Source: the human T2T-CHM13v2.0 reference genome, Homo sapiens. Taken from it: 64,000 nt of DNA. A model generated the notes under the pieces. That model had not been told where the DNA came from and did no database searches. It was given only the letters and a program-made list of their open reading frames with translations. The stretch lies in NCBI RefSeq assembly GCF_009914755.1, contig NC_060933.1; one strand, given 5' to 3'. Made by a program: the position numbers and the translations under genes. Position 1 is the stretch's first letter. Every line of letters starts with the position of its first letter. Below are positions 15,001 through 29,854 of this stretch, one piece after another.

Positions 15001-18000
15001 CCATTCCCTTCCATTCCATTGCAATCGAGTTGATTCCATTCCATTCCATTCCATTCCGTTCCGGATGATTCCATACCATTCCATTCCATTCCATTCCATT
15101 CCATTCCATTCCTTTCCTTTCCATTCCATTCCATTCTATTCGGGTTAATTCCATTCCATTCCATTCCATTCCATTCCATTCCATTCCAATCGAGTTGATT
15201 CCATTCCATTCCATTCCATTCCATTCCATTCCACTCCATTCCAGTCCTTTCCATTCCATTACACTCGGGTTGATTCCATTCTATTCCTTTCCATTCCATT
15301 CCATTCCATTGCAATCGAGTTGATTCCATTGCTTTGCATTCCATTCCATTCCATTCCATTCCGGATGATTCCATTCCGTTGCATTCCGTTCCATTACATT
15401 CCCCTGCACTCGGGTTGATTCCATTCCATTAAATTCCATTCCATTCGATTCCATTCCATTCCCCTGCAATCGCGTTGATTCCATTCCATTCCATTCCATT
15501 CCTTTCCGTTCAATTCCATTCCATTCCATTCCATTCCGTTCCGTTCCATTCCATTCCATTCCATTCTATTCGCGTTAATTCCATTCCATTCCATTCGATT
15601 GCAATCGAGTTGATTCCATTCCATTCCATTCCATTCCATTCCATTCCATTCCATTCCTTTCCATTCCATTGCGGATGATTATATTCCATTGCATTCCATT
15701 CCATTCCATTCCCCTGTACTCGGGTTGATTCCATTGCATTGCATTCCATTCCATTCCCCTGCAGTCGGGTTGATTCCATTCAATTCCATTCCATTCCATT
15801 CCATTCCATTCCATTCCATTCCATTCCGTTCCGTTGCGTTCCATTCCATTCCATTCCATTCTATTCGGGTTAATTCCATTCCATTCCATTCCATTCCATT
15901 CCATTCCATTCCATTCCAATCGAGTTGATTCCATTCCATTCCATTCCATTCCATTCCACTCCATTCCAGTCCTTTCCATTCCATTCCACTCGGGTTGATT
16001 CCAATGTATTCCTTTCCATTCCATTCCATTCCATTGCAATCGAGTTGATTCCATTGCTTTGCATTCCATTCCATTCCATTCCATTCCATTCCGGATGACT
16101 CCATTCCATTGCATTCCATTCCATTGCATTCCCCTGCACTCGGGTTGATTCCATTCCATTCCACTCCATTCCGTTGCATTCCATTCCATTCCATTGTATT
16201 CGGGTTAATTCCATTCCATTCCATTCCATTCCATTCCATTACAATCGAGTTGATTCCATTCCATTCCATTCCATTCCATTCCATTCCATTCCATTCCAGT
16301 CCTTTCCATTCCATTCCACTCGGGTTGATTCCATTCTATTAGTTTCCATTCCATTCCATTCCCTTCCATTCCACTCTGGTTGATTCCATTCCTTTCCATT
16401 CCACTCGAATACATTCCCTCCTATTCCACTCGGAACGATTCCATTCCATTTCATTCCATTCCATTCCATTCCATTCCATACCATTCCATTTCGTTCCATT
16501 CCATTCTATTCCGTATCATTCCATTCCATTCCATTCCATTCCATTCCATTCCACTCCATTCCACTCGTGTTGATTCCATTCCTTTCCATTCCATTCGGTT
16601 TGAAGGCTTTCCATTCCATTCCATTCCATTCCATTCCATTCCATTCCATTGTACTCGGGTTGATTCCATTCCATTGCATTCCATTCCATTCCATTCCATT
16701 CCAATCCGTTGCATTCCATTCCATTACATTCGGATTGATTCTATTCAACTCCCTTACTCTCCATTCCATTCCATTCCATTCGGGTTGTTCCATTCCATTC
16801 CATTCCATTCCACTCCATTCCATTGCACTCGGGTTGATTCCATTCCATTCCATTCCATTCCATTCCATTCCATTCCGGATGATTCCATTCCATTGCATTC
16901 CGTTCCATTACATTCCCCTGCACTCGCGTTGATTCCATTCCATTCCATTCCATTCCATTCCATTCAATTCCATTCCATTACAATTCGTTCCATTCCATTC
17001 TATTCCGTACCATTCCATTCCATTCCATACCATTCCATTCCATTCCATTCCATTCCATTCCATTCCGTTCCATTCCGTTCCATTCCATTCCATTCCATTC
17101 TATTCGGGTTAATTCCATTCCATTCCATTCCATTCCATTCCATTCCATTCCAATCTATTCCATTCCATTGCAATCGTGTTGAATCCATTGCATTTCATTC
17201 CATTCCATTCCATTCCATTCCATTCCATTGCAATCGAGTTGAATCCATTGCATTTCATTCCATTCCATTCCATTCCATTCCATTCCGGAAGATTCCATTC
17301 CATTGCATTCCATTCCATTCCATTCCCCTGCACTCGCGTTGATTCCTTTCCATTCCATTCCATTCCATTCCATTCCATTACGTTCCGTTCCGTTCCATTT
17401 CATTCCATTCCATTCCATTCCATTCCGTTCCGTTCGATTCCATTCCGTTCCATTCTATTCGGGTTAATTCCATTCCATTCCATTCGATTGCAATCGAGTT
17501 GATTCCATTCCATTCCATTCCATTCCATTCCATTCCATTCCATTCCAATCGAGTTGATTGCATTCCATTCCATTCCATTCCATTCCACTCCATTCCAGTC
17601 CTTTCCATTCCATTCCACTCGGGTTTATTCCATTCTATTCCTTTCCATTCCATTCCATTCCATTGCAATCGAGTTGATTCCATTGCTTTGCATTCCATTC
17701 CATTCCATTCCATTCCGGATGTTTCCATTCCATTGCATTCCATTCCATTCCATTCCCCTGCACTCGGGTTGATTCCATTCCATTCCACTCCATTCCGATC
17801 CATTCCATTCCATTCCATTGTATTCGGGTTAATTCCATTCCATGCCATTCCATTCCATTCCATTCCATTCCATTCCATTCCATTCTATTACAATCGAGTT
17901 GATTCCATTCCATTCCATTCCATTCCATTCCATTCCAGTCCTTTCCATTCCATTCCACTCGGGTTGATTCCATTCTATTAGTTTCCATTCCATTCCATTC

Positions 18001-19603
18001 CCTTCCATTCCACTCTGGTTGATTCCATTCCTTTCCATTCCACTCGAATACATTCCCTCGTATTCCACTCGGAACGATTCCATTCCATTCCAATCCATTC
18101 CATTCCATTCCATTCCATTCCATTCCATTCCATTCCATTCCATTCCATTTCGTTCCATTCCATTCTATTCCGTACCATTCCATTCCATTCCATTCCTTTC
18201 CATTCCATTCCATTCCATTCCACTCTTGTTGATTCCATTCCTTTCCATTCCATTCGGTTTGAAGGCATTCCATTCCATTCAATTCCATTCCATTCCATTC
18301 CATTCCATTCCATTCCATTCCATTGTACTCGTGTTGATTCCATTCCATTCCATTCCATTCCATTCCATTCCATTCCATTCCATTCCATTCCATTCCGTTG
18401 CATTCCATTCCATTACATTCGGACTGATTCTATTCAACTCCCTTACTCTCCATTACATTCCATTCCATTCGGGTTGTTCCATTCCATTCCATTCCATTCC
18501 ACTCCATTCCATTGCACTCGGGTTGATTCCATTCCATTCCATTCCATACCATTCCATTCCATTCCATTCCATTCCATTCCATTCCATTCCGTTCCATTCC
18601 GTTCCATACCATTCCATTCCCTTCTATTCGGGTTAATTCCATTCCATTCCATTCCATTCCATTCCATTCTATTCCATTCCATTGCAATCGAATTGAATCC
18701 ATTGCATTTCATGCCATTCCATTCCATTCCATTCCATTCCGGAAGATTCCATTCCATTGCATTCCATACCATTCCATTCCCGTGCACTCGCGTTGATTCC
18801 ATTCCATTCCATTCCATTCCATTCCATTCCGTTCCGTTCCGTTCCATTCCATTCTATTCCATTCCATTCCATTCCATTCCGTTCCGTTCCATTCCATTCC
18901 ATTCCATTCTATTTGGGTTAATTCCATTCCATTCCATTCGATTGCAATCGAGTTGATTCCATTCCATTCCATTCCATTCCATTCCATTCCATTCCATTCC
19001 TTTCCATTACATTACGGATGATTCCATTCCATTGCATTCCATTCCATTCCATTCCCCTGTACTCGGGTTGATTCCATTCCATTCCATTCCAATCCATGCC
19101 ATTCCACTCGTATTGATTCCATTCTTTCCATTCCATTCAAGTTGAATCCATTCCATTGCATTCCATTCCATTCGATTCCATTCGATTGCACTCGGGTTGA
19201 TTCCATTCCATTGCATTCCATTCCATTCCATTCCATTCCATTCCATTCCATTCCATTCCATTCCGTTCCATTCCATTCCATTACATTCGGATTGATTCTA
19301 TTCAATTCCCTTACACTCCATTACATTCCATTCCATTCGGGTAGTTTCCATTCCATTCCATTCCATTCCTCTCCATTCCATTGCACTCGGGTTGATTCCA
19401 TTCCATTGCATTCCATTCCATACCATTCAATTCCATTCCGTTCCATTCCATTCCATTACATTCGGATTGATTCTATTCAACTCCCTTACTCTCCATTACA
19501 TTCGATTCCATTCGGGTTGTTCCATTCCATTCCATTCCATTCCACTCCATTCCATTGCACTCGGGTTGATTCCATTCCATTCCATTCCATTCCGGAAGAT
19601 TCC
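59..19603. promoter_or_regulatory. Cluster of canonical heat-shock element motifs (nTTCnnGAAnnTTCn), left A domain; function untested
   Basis: ATTCCGGAAGATTCC starting at 59, 1931, 2604, 4042, 5579, 7182, 10314, 11192, 12206, 13310, 17282, 18736 and 19589, plus ATTCCAGAAGATTCC at 4701. Each is three alternating nGAAn units. Confidence 0.6.
6740..15400 (+). repeat. Nested direct higher-order duplications (offsets ~1.05, 1.89, 3.13 and 6.08 kb)
   Basis: Marker GATTCCATGGCATTGC with CCATGG at 7654, 10786, 12673 and 13727; GTTGATTAAATTCC at 9361 and 11248; near-identical ORFs at 7463/10595/12482/13536 and 8137/14220. Confidence 0.85.
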
Positions 19604-22600
19604 ATTGCATTGCATTCCATTAAATTACATTCCCCTGTACTCGCGTTGATTCCATTCCATTCCATTCCATTCCATTCCATTGCATTCCATTGCATTCCAT
19701 TGCATTCCATTCCCCTGCACTCAGGTTGATTCCATTCCATTCCATTCCATTCCATTCCATTCCATTCTATTCGCGTTAATTCCATTCCACTCCATTCAAT
19801 TACATTCCATTGCAATCGACTTGATTCCATTCCATTCCATTCCATTCCATTCCATTCCATTCAAGTCCTTTCCATTCCATTCCACTCGTGTTGATTCCAT
19901 TTTATTAGTTTCCATTCCATTCCATTCCCTTCCATTCCACTCTGGTTGATTCCATTCCTTTCCATTCCACTCGAATTCATTCCCTTCTATTCCACTCGGA
20001 ATGATTCCATTCCATTCCGTTCCATTCCATTCCATTCCATTTCGTTCCATTCCATTATATTCCGTACCATTCCATTCCATTCCATTCCATTCCATTCCAT
20101 GCCATTCCACTCGGGTTGATTCCATTGCTTTCCATTCCATTTGGGTTGAATCCATTCCATTCCATTCCATTCCATTCCATTCCATTCCATTCCATTCCAT
20201 TCCATTCCATTCCATTCAATTGCACTAGGTTTGATTCCATTCCACTGCATTCCATTCCATTCCATTCCATTGCATTCCATTCCATTCCATTCCATTCCAT
20301 TCCCCTGCACTCGGGTTCATTCCATTCCATTCCATTTACTTCCATTCCATTCCATTCCATTCCATTCCATTCCATTCCATTCTATTCGGGTTAATTCCAT
20401 TCCATTCCATTCCATTCCATTCCATTCCATTCCATTGCAATCGAGTTGATTCCATTCCATTCCATTCAATTCCGGATGATTCCATTCCATTGCCTTCAAT
20501 TCCATTCCATTTCCCTGCACTCGGGTTGATTCCATTCCATTCCATTCCATTTCATTCCATTCCATTTCGTTCCATTCCATTCTATTCCGTACCATTCCAT
20601 TCCATTCCATTCCATTCCATACCATTCTATTCCGTTCCATTCCATTCCATTCCATTCCATTCCATTTCATTCCATTGCATTTCGTTCCATTCCATTCTAT
20701 TCCGTACCATTCCATGCCATTCCATTCTATTCCATTCTATTCCATTCCATTCCATTCCACTCCATTCCATGCCATTCCACTCGGGTTGATTCCATTGCCT
20801 TCCATTCCATTCGAGTTGAATCCATTCCATTCCATTCCATTCCATTCCATTCCATTCCATTCCATTCCATTGCAGACGGGTTCATTCCATTCCATTCCAT
20901 TCCATTCCATTCCATTCCATTCCATTTCGTTCCATTCCATTCTATTCTGTACCATTCCATTCCATTCAATTCCACTCCATTCCATGCCATTCCACTCGGG
21001 TTTATTCCATTTCTTTTCATTCCATTCGGGTTGAATCCATTCCATTCCATTCCATTCCATTCCATTCCTTTCGATTCCATTACATTGCACTCGGGATGAT
21101 TCCATTCCATTCCATTCCATCCTATTCCATTCCATTCCATGACACTCCACTCGGGTTGATTCCATTCCTTTCCATTCCATTCGAGTTGAACCCATTCCAT
21201 TCCATTCCACTCCATTCCATTCCATTCCATTCCAGTCCATTCCATTCCATTCCATTCCATTCCATTCCATTCCATTCCATTGCACACGATTTCATTCCAC
21301 TCCATTCCATTCCATTCCATTCCATTCTATTCCATTCCATTCCATTTCGCTCCATTCCATTCTATTCCGTACCATTCCATTCCATTCCATTCCATTCCAT
21401 TCCATTCCATGCCATTCCTTTCCATGCCATTCTACTCGGGTTGATTCCATTCCTTTCCATTCCATTCGAGTAGAACCCATTCCATTCCATTCCATTCCTT
21501 TCCATTCCATTGCATTGCACACGGGTTCATTTCATTCCATTCCATTCCATTCCATTCCATTCCATTCCATTTCGTTCCATTCCATTCTATTCCATACCAT
21601 TCCATTCCATTCCATTCCATTAGACTCCATTCCATGCCATTCCACTCGGGTTTATTCCATTCCTTTCCATTCCATTCGGGTTGAATCCATTCCATTCCAT
21701 TCCATTCCATTCCATTCGATTCCATTACATTGCACTCGTGTTGTTTCCATTCCATTCCATTCCATTCCATTCCATTCCATTCCATTCCATTCCATGCCAT
21801 TCCACTCGGGTTGATTCCATTCCATTCCATTTCATTCGAGTCGAACCCATTCCATTCCATTCCATTCCATTCCATTCAAATCCATTGCACACGTTTTCAT
21901 TCCATTCCTTTCCATTCCATTCTATTCCATTTCGTTCCATTCCATTCTATTCCGTACCATTCCATTCCATTCCATTCCATTCCACTCCATTTCATTCCAT
22001 TCCATGCCATTCCACTCGGGTTTATTCCATTCCTTTCCATTCCATTCGGGTTGAATCCATTCCTTTCCATTCCATTCGGGTTGAATCCATTCCTTTCCAT
22101 TCCATTCCGTTCAATTCCATTCCATTGCACTCGGGTTGATTCCATTCCATTCCATGCCATTCCATTTCATTCCGTTCCATTGCATTCCATTACATTCGGA
22201 TTGATTCTTTTCAATTCCCTTACACTCCATTACATTCCATTCCATTCGGGTAGTTTCCATTCCATTCGATTCCATTACACTCCATTGCATTGCACTCGGG
22301 TTGATTGATTCCATTCCATTGCATTCCATTCCATTCCATTCCATTCCGGATGATTCCATTCCATTGCATTCCATTCCATTCCATTCCCCTGCACTCGGGT
22401 TGATTCCATTCCATTCCATTCCATTCCATTCCGTTCCATTCCATTCCATTCCATTCCATTCCATTCCGTTCAGGTTAATTCCATTCCATTCCATTCCATT
22501 CCATTCGATTCCATTCCATTCCATTCCATTCCATTCCATTGCAATCTAGTTGATTCCATTGCATTCCATTCCATTCCATTCCATTGCATTCCATTCCCCT

Positions 22601-23089
22601 GCACTCAGGTTGATTCCATTCCATTCCATTCCATTCCATTCCATTCCATTCCATTCCATTCTATTCGCGTTAATTCCATTCCATTCCATTCCCTGACATT
22701 CCATTGCAATCGAGTTGATTCCATTCCATTCCATTCCATTCCATTGCATTCAAGTCCTTTCCATTCCATTCCACTCGTGTTGATTCCATTTTATTAGTTT
22801 CCATTCCATTCCATTCCCTTCCATTCCACTCTGGTTGATTCCATTCCTTTCCATTCCACTCGAATACATTCCCTCCTATTCCACTCGGAAAGATTCCATT
22901 TCATTCCATTCCATTCCATTCCATTCCATTCCATTCCATTCCATTCCATTCCATTCCATTTCGTTCCATTCCATTCCATTCCGTATCATTCCATTCCATT
23001 CCATTCCATGCCATTCCACTCGGGTTGATTCCATTGCTTTCCATTCCATTTGGGTTGAATCCATTCCATTCCATTCCATTCCATTCCAT

Positions 23090-24550
23090 TCCATTCCATT
23101 CTATTCCATTGCACTAGGTTTGATTCCATTCCACTGCATTCCATTCCATTCCATTCCATTCCATTCCGTTCCATTCCATTCCATTCCATTACATTCGGAT
23201 TGATTGTATTCAATTCCCTTACACTCCATTTCATTCCATTCCATTCAGGTTGTTTCCATTCCATTCCAATCCATTCCACTCCATTCCATTGAAATCGGGT
23301 TCATTGCATTCCATTCCGTTCCATTCTATTCCATTTCCTTCCATTCCATTCTATTCGGTAGCATTCCATTCCATTCCATTCCAATCCATTCCATTCCATG
23401 CCATTCCTCTTGGGTTGATTCCCATCCTTTCCATTCCAATCGGGTTGAATCCATTCCATTCCATTCCATTCCATTCCATTCCTTTCCATTCCATTGCGCA
23501 CGGGTTGGTTCCATTCCATTCCTTTCCGTTCCATTCCGGATGACTCCATTCCATGGCATTCCATTCCATTCCATTCCATTCCCCTGCACTCGGGTTCATT
23601 ACCTTCCATTCCATTTACTTCCATTCCATTCCATTCCATTCTCTTCGGGTTAATTCCATTCCATTCCATTCCATTCCATTCCATTCCATTCCATTCCATT
23701 CCATTCCATTCCATTCCATTGCAATCGAGTTGATTCCATTCCATTCCATTCAATTCCAGATGATTCCATTCCATTGCCTTCAATTCCATTCCATTCCCCT
23801 GCACTCGGTTTGATTCCATTCCATTCCATTCCATTCTATTCCATTGCACTAGGTTTGATTCCATTCCACTGCATTCCATTCCATTCTATTCCATTCCATT
23901 CCGTTCCATTCCATTCCATTCCATTACATTCGGATTGATTGTATTCAATTCCCTTACACTCCATTTCATTCCATTCCATTCAGGTTGTTTCCATTCCATT
24001 CCAATCCATTCCACTCCATTCTATTGCACTCGGGTTGATTGCATTCCATTCCATTCCATTCTATTCCATTTCCTTCCATTCCATTCTATTCGGTACCATT
24101 CCATTCCATTCCATTCAAATCCATTCCATTCCATGCCATTCCACTTGGGTTGATTCCCATCCTTTCCATTCCATTCGGGTTGAATCCATTCCATTCCATT
24201 CCATTCCATTCCATTCCATTCCTTTCCATTCCATTGCACACGGGTTGGTTCCATTCCATTCATTTCCGTTCCATTCCATTCCTTTCCGTTCCATTCCGGA
24301 TGACTCCATTCCATTGCATTCCATTCCATTCCATTCCATTCCCCTGCACTCGGGTTCATTACCTTCCATTCCATTTACTTCCATTCCATTCCATTCCATT
24401 CTCTTCGGGTTAATTCCATTCCATTCCATTCCATTCCATTCCATTCCATTGCATTCCATTGCAATCGAGTTGATTCCGTTCCATTCCATTCAATTCCGGA
24501 TGATTCCATTCCATTGCCTTCAATTCCATTCCATTCCCCTGCACTCGGGT
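23090..24550 (+). repeat. ~735-bp tandem duplication
   Basis: GCACTAGGTTTG at 23111 and 23846; TGGGTTGATTCCCATCC at ~23411 and ~24146; paralogous ORFs 23204 and 23939. Confidence 0.8.
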
Positions 24551-26519
24551 TGATTCCATTCCATTGCATTCCATTCCATTCCATTTCATTCCATTCCATT
24601 TCGTTCCTTTCCATTCTATTCCGTACCATTCCATTCCATTCTATTCCATTCCATTCCATTCCATTCCATGCCATTCCACTCGGGTTGATTCCATTCCTTT
24701 TCATTCCATTCGAGTTGAATCCATTCCAATCCATTCCATTCCATTCGATTCCATTCCATTGCACACGGGTTCATTCCATTCCATTCCATTCCATTCCATT
24801 CCATTCCATTCCATTCCATTTCCTTCCATTCCATTCTATTCCGTACCATTCCATTCCATTCCATTCCATTCCATTCCACTCCATTCCATGCCATTCCACT
24901 CGGGTTTATTCCATTCCTTTCCATTCCATTCGGGTTGAATCCATTCCATTCCATTCCATTCCATTCGATTCCATTACATTGCACTCGGGTTGATTCCATT
25001 CCATTCCATTCCTTTAAATTTCATTCCATTCCACTCCATTCCATGCCATTCCACGCGGGTTTATTCCATTCCTTTCCATTCCATTCGTGTTGAATCCATT
25101 CCATTCCATTCCATTCCATTCGATTCCATTACACTGCACTCGGGTTGATTCCATTCCATTCCATTCCATTCCATTTCATTCCATTCCATTTCATTCCATT
25201 CCATTCCATTCCATTCAATGCCATTCCACTCGTGTTGATTCCATTCCTTTCCATTCCATTCGAGTTGAACCCATTCCATTCCATTCCATTCCATTCCATT
25301 CCATTCCATTCCATTCCATTCCATTCCATTGCACACGGGTTCATTCCATTCCATTCCATTCCATTCCGTTCCATTCCATTCCGTTCCATTCCATTCCATT
25401 CCATTCTGTTCGGGTTAATTCCATTCTATTCCTTTCCCTTCCATTCCATTCCATTCCATCCCATTGCAATCGAGTTGATTCCATTGCATTCCATTCCATT
25501 ACATTCCATTGCATTCCATTCCATTCCATTCCCCTGCACTCAGGTTGATTCCATTCGATTCCATTCCATTCCATTCCATTCCATTCCATTCCATTCCGTT
25601 CCATTCCATTCCATTCCATTCTATTCGCGTTAATTGCATTCCATTCCATTCCATTACTTTCCATTGCAATCGAGTTGATTCCATTCCATTCCGTTCCATT
25701 CCATTCCATTCCATTCCATTTCGTTCCATTCCATTCTATTCCGTACCATTCCATTCCATTCCATTCGATTCCATTCCATTCCATTCCATGCCATTCCACT
25801 CGGGTTGATTCCATTGCTTTCCATTCCATTTGGGTTGAATCCATTCCATTCCATTCCATTCCATTCCATTCCATTCCATTCTATTCGCGTTAATTGCATT
25901 CCATTCCATTCCATTACATTCCATTGCAATCGAGTTGATTCCATTCCATTCCGTTCCATTCCATTCCATTCCATTCCATTTCGTTCCATTCCATTCTATT
26001 CCGTACCATTCCATTCCATTCCATTCCATTCCATTCCATGCCATTCCACTCGGGTTGATTCCATTGCTTTCCATTCCATTTGGGTTGAATCCATTCCATT
26101 CCATTCCATTCCATTCCATTCCATTCCATTCCATTCCATTGCACTAGGTTTGATTCCATTCCACTGCATTCCATTCCATTCCATTCCATTCCGTTCCATT
26201 CCATTCCATTACATTCGGATTGATTGTATTCAATTTCCTTACACTCCATTTCATTCCATTCCATTCGGGTTGTTTCCATGTCATTCCATTCCATTCCACT
26301 CCATTTCATTGCACTCGTGTTGATTCCATTCCATTCCATTCCATTCTATTCCATTTCGTTCCATTCCATTCTATTCGGTACCATTCCATTCCATTCCATT
26401 CCATACCATTCCATTCCATTCCATGCGATTCCACTTGGGTTGATTCCCTTCCTTTCCATTCCATTCGGGTTGAATCCATTCCATTCCATTCCATTCCATT
26501 CCATTCCATTCCATTCCAT

Positions 26520-27740
26520 TCCATTCCATTCCTTTCCATTCCATTGCACACGGGTTGATTCCATTCCATTCCTTTCTGTTCCATTCCGGATGACTCCATT
26601 CCATTGCATTCCATTCCATTCCATTCCCCTGCACTCGGGTTCATTACATTCCATTCCATTTACTTCCATTCCATTCCATTCCATTCCATTCTATTCGGGT
26701 TAATTCAATTCCATTCCATTCCATTCCATTCCATTCCATTCCGTTCCATTCAATTCCATTACATTCGGATTGATTCTTTTTAATTCCCTTACACTCCATT
26801 ACATTCTATTCCATTCGGGTAGTTTCCATACCATTCCATTCCATTCCACTGCATTCTATTGCACTCGGGTTGATTGATTCCATTCCATTGCATTCCATTC
26901 CATTCCATTCCATTCCGGATGATTCCATTCCATTGCATTCCATTGCATTCCATTCCCCTGTACTCGGGTTGATCCCATTCCATTTCATTCCATTCCATTC
27001 CATTCCATTCCATTCCATTCCATTCCATTCCGTTCCGTTCCATTCCATTCCCTTCCATTCTGTTCAGGTTAATTCCATTCCATTCCATTCCCTTCCATTC
27101 CATTCCATTCCATTCCATTCCATTCCATTCCATGCCATTCCTTTCCATTCCATTGCACACGGGTTGATTCCATTCCATTCCTTTCTGTTCCATTCCGGAT
27201 GACTCCATTCCATTGCATTCCATTCCATTCCATTCCCCTGCACTCGGGTTCATTACATTCCATTCCATTTACTTCCATTCCATTCCATTCCATTCCATTC
27301 CATTCTATTCGGGTTAATTCAATTCCATTCCATTCCATTCCATTCCATTCCATTCCGTTCCATTCAATTCCATTACATTCGGATTGATTCTTTTTAATTC
27401 CCTTACACTCCATTACATTCTATTCCATTCGCGTAGTTTCCATACCATTCCATTCCATTCCACTGCATTCTATTGCACTCGGGTTGATTGATTCCATTCC
27501 ATTGCATTGCATTCCATTCCATTCCATTCCGGATGATTCCATTCCATTGCATTCCATTGTATTCCATTCCCCTGTACTCGGGTTGATCCCATTCCATTTC
27601 ATTCCATTCCATTCCATTCCATTCCATTCCATTCCATTCCATTCCGTTCCGTTCCATTCCATTCCCTTCCATTCTGTTCAGGTTAATTCCATTCCATTCC
27701 ATTCCCTTCCATTCCATTCCATTCCATTCCATTCCATTCC
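26520..27740 (+). repeat. ~610-bp tandem duplication
   Basis: ORF pairs 26806/27420 and 26870/27484 (offset 614); CTTTCTGTTCCATTCCGGATGACTCC at ~26572 and ~27181. Confidence 0.8.
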
Positions 27741-29854
27741 ATGCCATTCCACTCGGGTTGACTCCATTCCTTTCCATTCCATTCGAGTTGAACCCATTCC
27801 ATTCCATTCCATTCCATTCCATTCCACTCGGGTTGATTCCATTCCTTTCCATTCCATTCGGGTTGAAACCATTCCATTCCATTCCATTCCTTTCGATTCC
27901 ATTCCATTTCACTCGGGTTGATCCCCTTCCATTGCATTCCATTCCATTCCATTGCATTCCATTCCGTTCCATTCCATTCCATTACATTCGTATTGATTCT
28001 ATTCAATTCCCTTACTCTCCATTACATTCCATTCCATTCGGGTTGTTTCCATTCCATTCCATTCCATTCCACTCCATTCCATTGCAATCGGGTTGATTCC
28101 ATTCCATTCCATTGCATTCCATTCCATTCCATTCCTTTCCGTATGATTCCATTCCATTGCATTCCATTCCATTCCATTCCCCTGCACTCAGGTGGATTCC
28201 ATTCTATTCCATTCCATTCCATTCCATTCCATTCCATTCCATTCCATTCCATTCCATTCCATTCCATTCTATTCGGGTTAATTTCATTCCATTCCATTCC
28301 ATTCCCTTCCATTGCATTGCATTCCATTCCATTCCATTCCATTGAAATCGAGTTGATTCCATTCCATTCCATTCCATTCCATTCCATTCCATTCCATTCT
28401 ATTCGGGTTAATTCCATTCCATTCCATTCCATTCCATTCTCTTCCATTCCATTCTATTCCATTCCATTCCATTCCATTCCATTCCATTCTAGTAGGGTTA
28501 ATTCCATTCCATTCCATTCCATTCCATTCCATTCCATTCCATTCCATTCCATTCCATTCCATTCCATTCCATTCCATTGCAATCGAGTTGATTCCATTCC
28601 ATTCCATTCCATTCCATTCCATTCCATTCAATTCCATTGAACTCGGGTTGATTCCATTCCATTCCATGCCATTCCATTTCATTCCATTCCATTCCATTCC
28701 ATTCCATTGCATTCCATTCCATTCCTTTCCGTTCCATTCAATTACATTCGGATTGATTCTATTCAATTCCCTTACACTCCAATACATTCTATTCCATTCG
28801 TGTTGTTTCCATTCTATTCCATTCCATTCCACTCCATTCCATTGCACTCTGGTTGATTCCATTCCATTCCCTTCCATTCCGTATGACTCCATTCCATTTC
28901 ATTCCATTGCATTGCTTTCCCCTGCACTCGAGTTGATTACTTTCCATTCCATTCCCTTCCTTTCCGTTCCATTCCATTCTATTCGGGTTAAATCCATTCC
29001 ATTACATTACATTCCATTCCCTTCCATTCCATTCCATTCCATTCCATTCCATTCCATTCGATTCTATTCAGGTTAATTCCATTCCATTCCATTCCATTCC
29101 ATTCCATATCATTCCATTCCATTCCATTGCAATCGAGTTGATTCCATTCCATTCCATTCCATTCCATTCCATTCCATTCCTTTCCGGATGATTCCATTCC
29201 ATTGCCTTTCATTCCATTCCATTACCATGCACTCGGGTTGTTTCCATTCCATTCCATTCCATTCCATTCCATTCCATTTCATTCCATTCGATTCTAATCC
29301 GTACCATTCAATTCCATTCCATTCCATGCCATTCCATTCCATTCCAGTCCATGCCATTCCACTCGGGTTGATTTCATTCGTTTCCATTCCATTCGAGTTG
29401 TACCCTTTCCATTCCATTCCATTCCATTCGATTCCATTCCATTGCACACGGGTTCATTCCATTCCATTCCATTCCATTCCATTCCATTCCATTCCATTCC
29501 ATTCCATTTCGTTCCATTCCATTCTATCCCGTACCATTCCATTCTATTCCGTACCATTCCATTCCATTCCATTCCATTCCAGTCCATTGCATTCCATTCC
29601 ACTCGGGTTGATTCCATTCCTTTCCATTCCATTTGGGTTGAATCCATTCCATTCCATTCCATTCCATTCGATTCCATTACATTACACTCGGGTTGATTCC
29701 ATTCCATTCCATTCCATTCCATTTCATTCCATTCCATTCCATTCCATTCCAATCCATTCCATTCCATACCATTCCATTCCATTCCATTCCATGCCATTCC
29801 ACTCGGGTTGATTCCATTCCATTCCATTCCTTTCGAGTTGAACCCATTCCATTC

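Larger units (their letters stand above)
1..19620 (+). repeat. HSat3 sub-domain A (left)
   Basis: Diagnostic spacers ATTCCGGAAGATTCC, TTCAACTCCCTTACTCTCC, ATTCTTTCCATTCCATTCAAGTTGAATCC and TTTGAAGGCATTCC recur up to ~19.6 kb and then essentially disappear. Boundary approximate. Confidence 0.75.
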
